From Alphaproteobacteria bacterium (GTDB lineage Bacteria > Pseudomonadota > Alphaproteobacteria > MPNO01 > UBA830): a stretch of 64,000 nt of DNA. Below are positions 62,956-64,000 of this stretch, in pieces. Numbering within the stretch: the stretch's first letter is position 1; every line of letters begins with the position of its first letter. The notes beneath the pieces were generated by a model. That model did no database searches. It was given only the letters and a program-made list of their open reading frames with translations, and was not told the origin of the DNA. Where the stretch lies: positions 6,908 through 70,907 of the forward strand of contig JAYPPO010000002.1 in NCBI GenBank assembly GCA_038131485.1, written 5' to 3'. The translations under genes and the position numbers were made by a program.

Positions 62956-63837
62956 TCACGGATCACTCCGGAAACGCGCCGACAGCAGGCTCGCGGCTTC
63001 CCGGCTGCTCGAGAAGGTCAGCCGGTAGAGCTCTACATCTTCGGCGAGCGCGGCGAGCCCGCGAAGAAGGGCTGCGGCTCCGATATGCGGCGCGAAGGCC
63101 GTTGACGCCACTGTCCTCACCAGGTCCGAGCCGGTAGCCGGCACGAGATCACAACGAGCCTCGATCCTGCGATCGAGCAGTATCAGGGAGCGCACCGGCG
63201 CCGTTTCGCCGAATGTTCCGGATTCGCGGTCCCAAAGCTTTAGATAGGCGACCCCATCTCCACCCAGCGCTGTAAAGCCGTCAACGAAATCGCGGAAAGC
63301 GTCGCCGCAGTCTTTTGGCGGCGGCATGTGCACCTTGGGCATCAGGCCAAGGCAGGTTCCGACGGGGGGAGAATCGAGCGTGAGCGCGATCTGGTCATCG
63401 GCAAAAAACCGGTGTCCCAGAACGGCGAGATGAAGCGCAACGCTCGATTTTCCAGCTAAGGAATTGCCAATCACTACGACAAGACCGCTTCCGATAAGGG
63501 CAGCGCCCGCATGCAGGCAGACCGTATCTGGCCGGCGGGCGACATGGATGCTAACCAGTGCGTCAGCGACGCCGTTCGCGGCATCGTAGGGATTGTCAAA
63601 CGCAAAATCGGTGCCGCCCAGCACGCTGCTCCAGATGCGAAACGTCGCAGCGCCCGCCTCCGATATCCGGACATCCGGGGAGTCGCCGGCGCCGGCCCAG
63701 CCGAACGGCCAGCCGGAAATGTAGTAAGGCAGATAGGGCAAAAGAAGGTCTGCGTTCTCGACAAATATAGGGGCATCTTCAGGGCCGAAGCGCCAGAGCC
63801 CGTCCGGCACCTCAATGGGACCGGCGCGATCAATCAT
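62956..63837 (-). CDS. HPr-kinase-related P-loop protein (HprK C-terminal-domain-like), function unknown
   Basis: VVVIGNSLAGKSSVALHLAVLGHRFFADDQIAL reproduces the HprK G-x-S-x-x-GKS ... G...(V/F)ADD core. 293 aa with an unrecognised N-terminal 115 aa. Its ATG overlaps the regA-like stop by 8 nt (ATGATTGA). Confidence 0.55.
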   Translation of the reverse strand: MIDRAGPIEVPDGLWRFGPEDAPIFVENADLLLPYLPYYISGWPFGWAGAGDSPDVRISEAGAATFRIWSSVLGGTDFAFDNPYDAANGVADALVSIHVARRPDTVCLHAGAALIGSGLVVVIGNSLAGKSSVALHLAVLGHRFFADDQIALTLDSPPVGTCLGLMPKVHMPPPKDCGDAFRDFVDGFTALGGDGVAYLKLWDRESGTFGETAPVRSLILLDRRIEARCDLVPATGSDLVRTVASTAFAPHIGAAALLRGLAALAEDVELYRLTFSSSREAASLLSARFRSDP

Positions 63838-64000
63838 CTCCAGCCGGAGTTTCCCGTGGCGCTCGCTTCGATAAGATCCGCTGCAGCGTGCGTCGGTGCA
63901 TGTTTAGACGGCGAGCCGTTTCCGAGACGTTACGGTCGCACTGCTCATAGACGCGCTGGATATGCTCCCACCGCACCCTATCGGCGGACATCGGGTTGTC
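63830..64000 (-). CDS. RegA/ActR/PrrA-type response regulator, C-terminal HTH only (5' part outside window)
   Basis: Minus frame from nt 64000: DNPMSADRVRWEHIQRVYEQCDRNVSETARRLNMHRRTLQRILSKRAPRETPAGDD-stop. This is the highly conserved RegA-family Fis-type HTH. Not in the ORF track because under 60 aa. Confidence 0.8.
   Translation of the reverse strand, partial: DNPMSADRVRWEHIQRVYEQCDRNVSETARRLNMHRRTLQRILSKRAPRETPAGDD

Overview
GC-rich (about two-thirds G+C by eye) alphaproteobacterial chromosome segment that looks Hyphomicrobiales/Rhizobiales-like.

**nt 1-47,280: housekeeping block.** Densely packed and largely syntenic. In order:
- adenylate cyclase 3' end, carD/cdnL, fdxA, terB-like, DUF938 methyltransferase
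- Suv3-like helicase plus S4/Hsp15 domain, htpG
- folC-accD-trpA-trpB-trpF, pyrF, lapA, ihfB, sppA, rpsA, aroA
- TIGR02300 zinc-ribbon protein, tRNA-Ala, class II aldolase
- ROSE-controlled hsp20 plus DUF1150
- ptsN-rpoN-lptB-lptA-lptC-kdsD, RNase D-like exonuclease, tRNA-Leu
- NDUFA9-like SDR, uppP, gltD-gltB
- two LPS-type glycosyltransferases, thrS-infC, an ABC ATPase and a lipoprotein hydrolase

**47,284 to about 50,311: degraded island.** tRNA-Arg(CCG) marks the left edge of a roughly 3-kb integrative island. It holds a truncated integrase, a 47-codon fragment resembling the ExoI N-terminus of a protein-primed or primer-independent family-B DNA polymerase (possible pipolin relic), a strongly AT-rich beta-lactamase-family serine hydrolase, and a zinc-ribbon ORF. 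Its right edge is a decayed full-length copy of the tRNA.

**50.4-64 kb: intact accessory genes mixed with many gene relics.**
- Intact: hydrolase, YciI, TPR-methyltransferase, MmcB, hldE, UDP-xylose synthase, malonyl-CoA decarboxylase, GST, and an HprK-related P-loop kinase translationally coupled to regA/actR.
- Relics: gmhA with an internal deletion, a tyrosine-kinase fragment, a broken GntR regulator, and geneless low-GC stretches.

**Caveats.** Three conserved core genes (pyrF, aroA, helicase tail) carry single-nucleotide frame problems. Those in pyrF and aroA sit in short homopolymers, so assembly indel error is a serious alternative to real pseudogenisation. I see no complete, obviously novel multi-gene system. 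The best leads are the island, the regA-coupled HprK-like kinase, and the CarD protein with a histone-H1-like repeat domain. All homology calls come from motif recognition by eye and need database confirmation.
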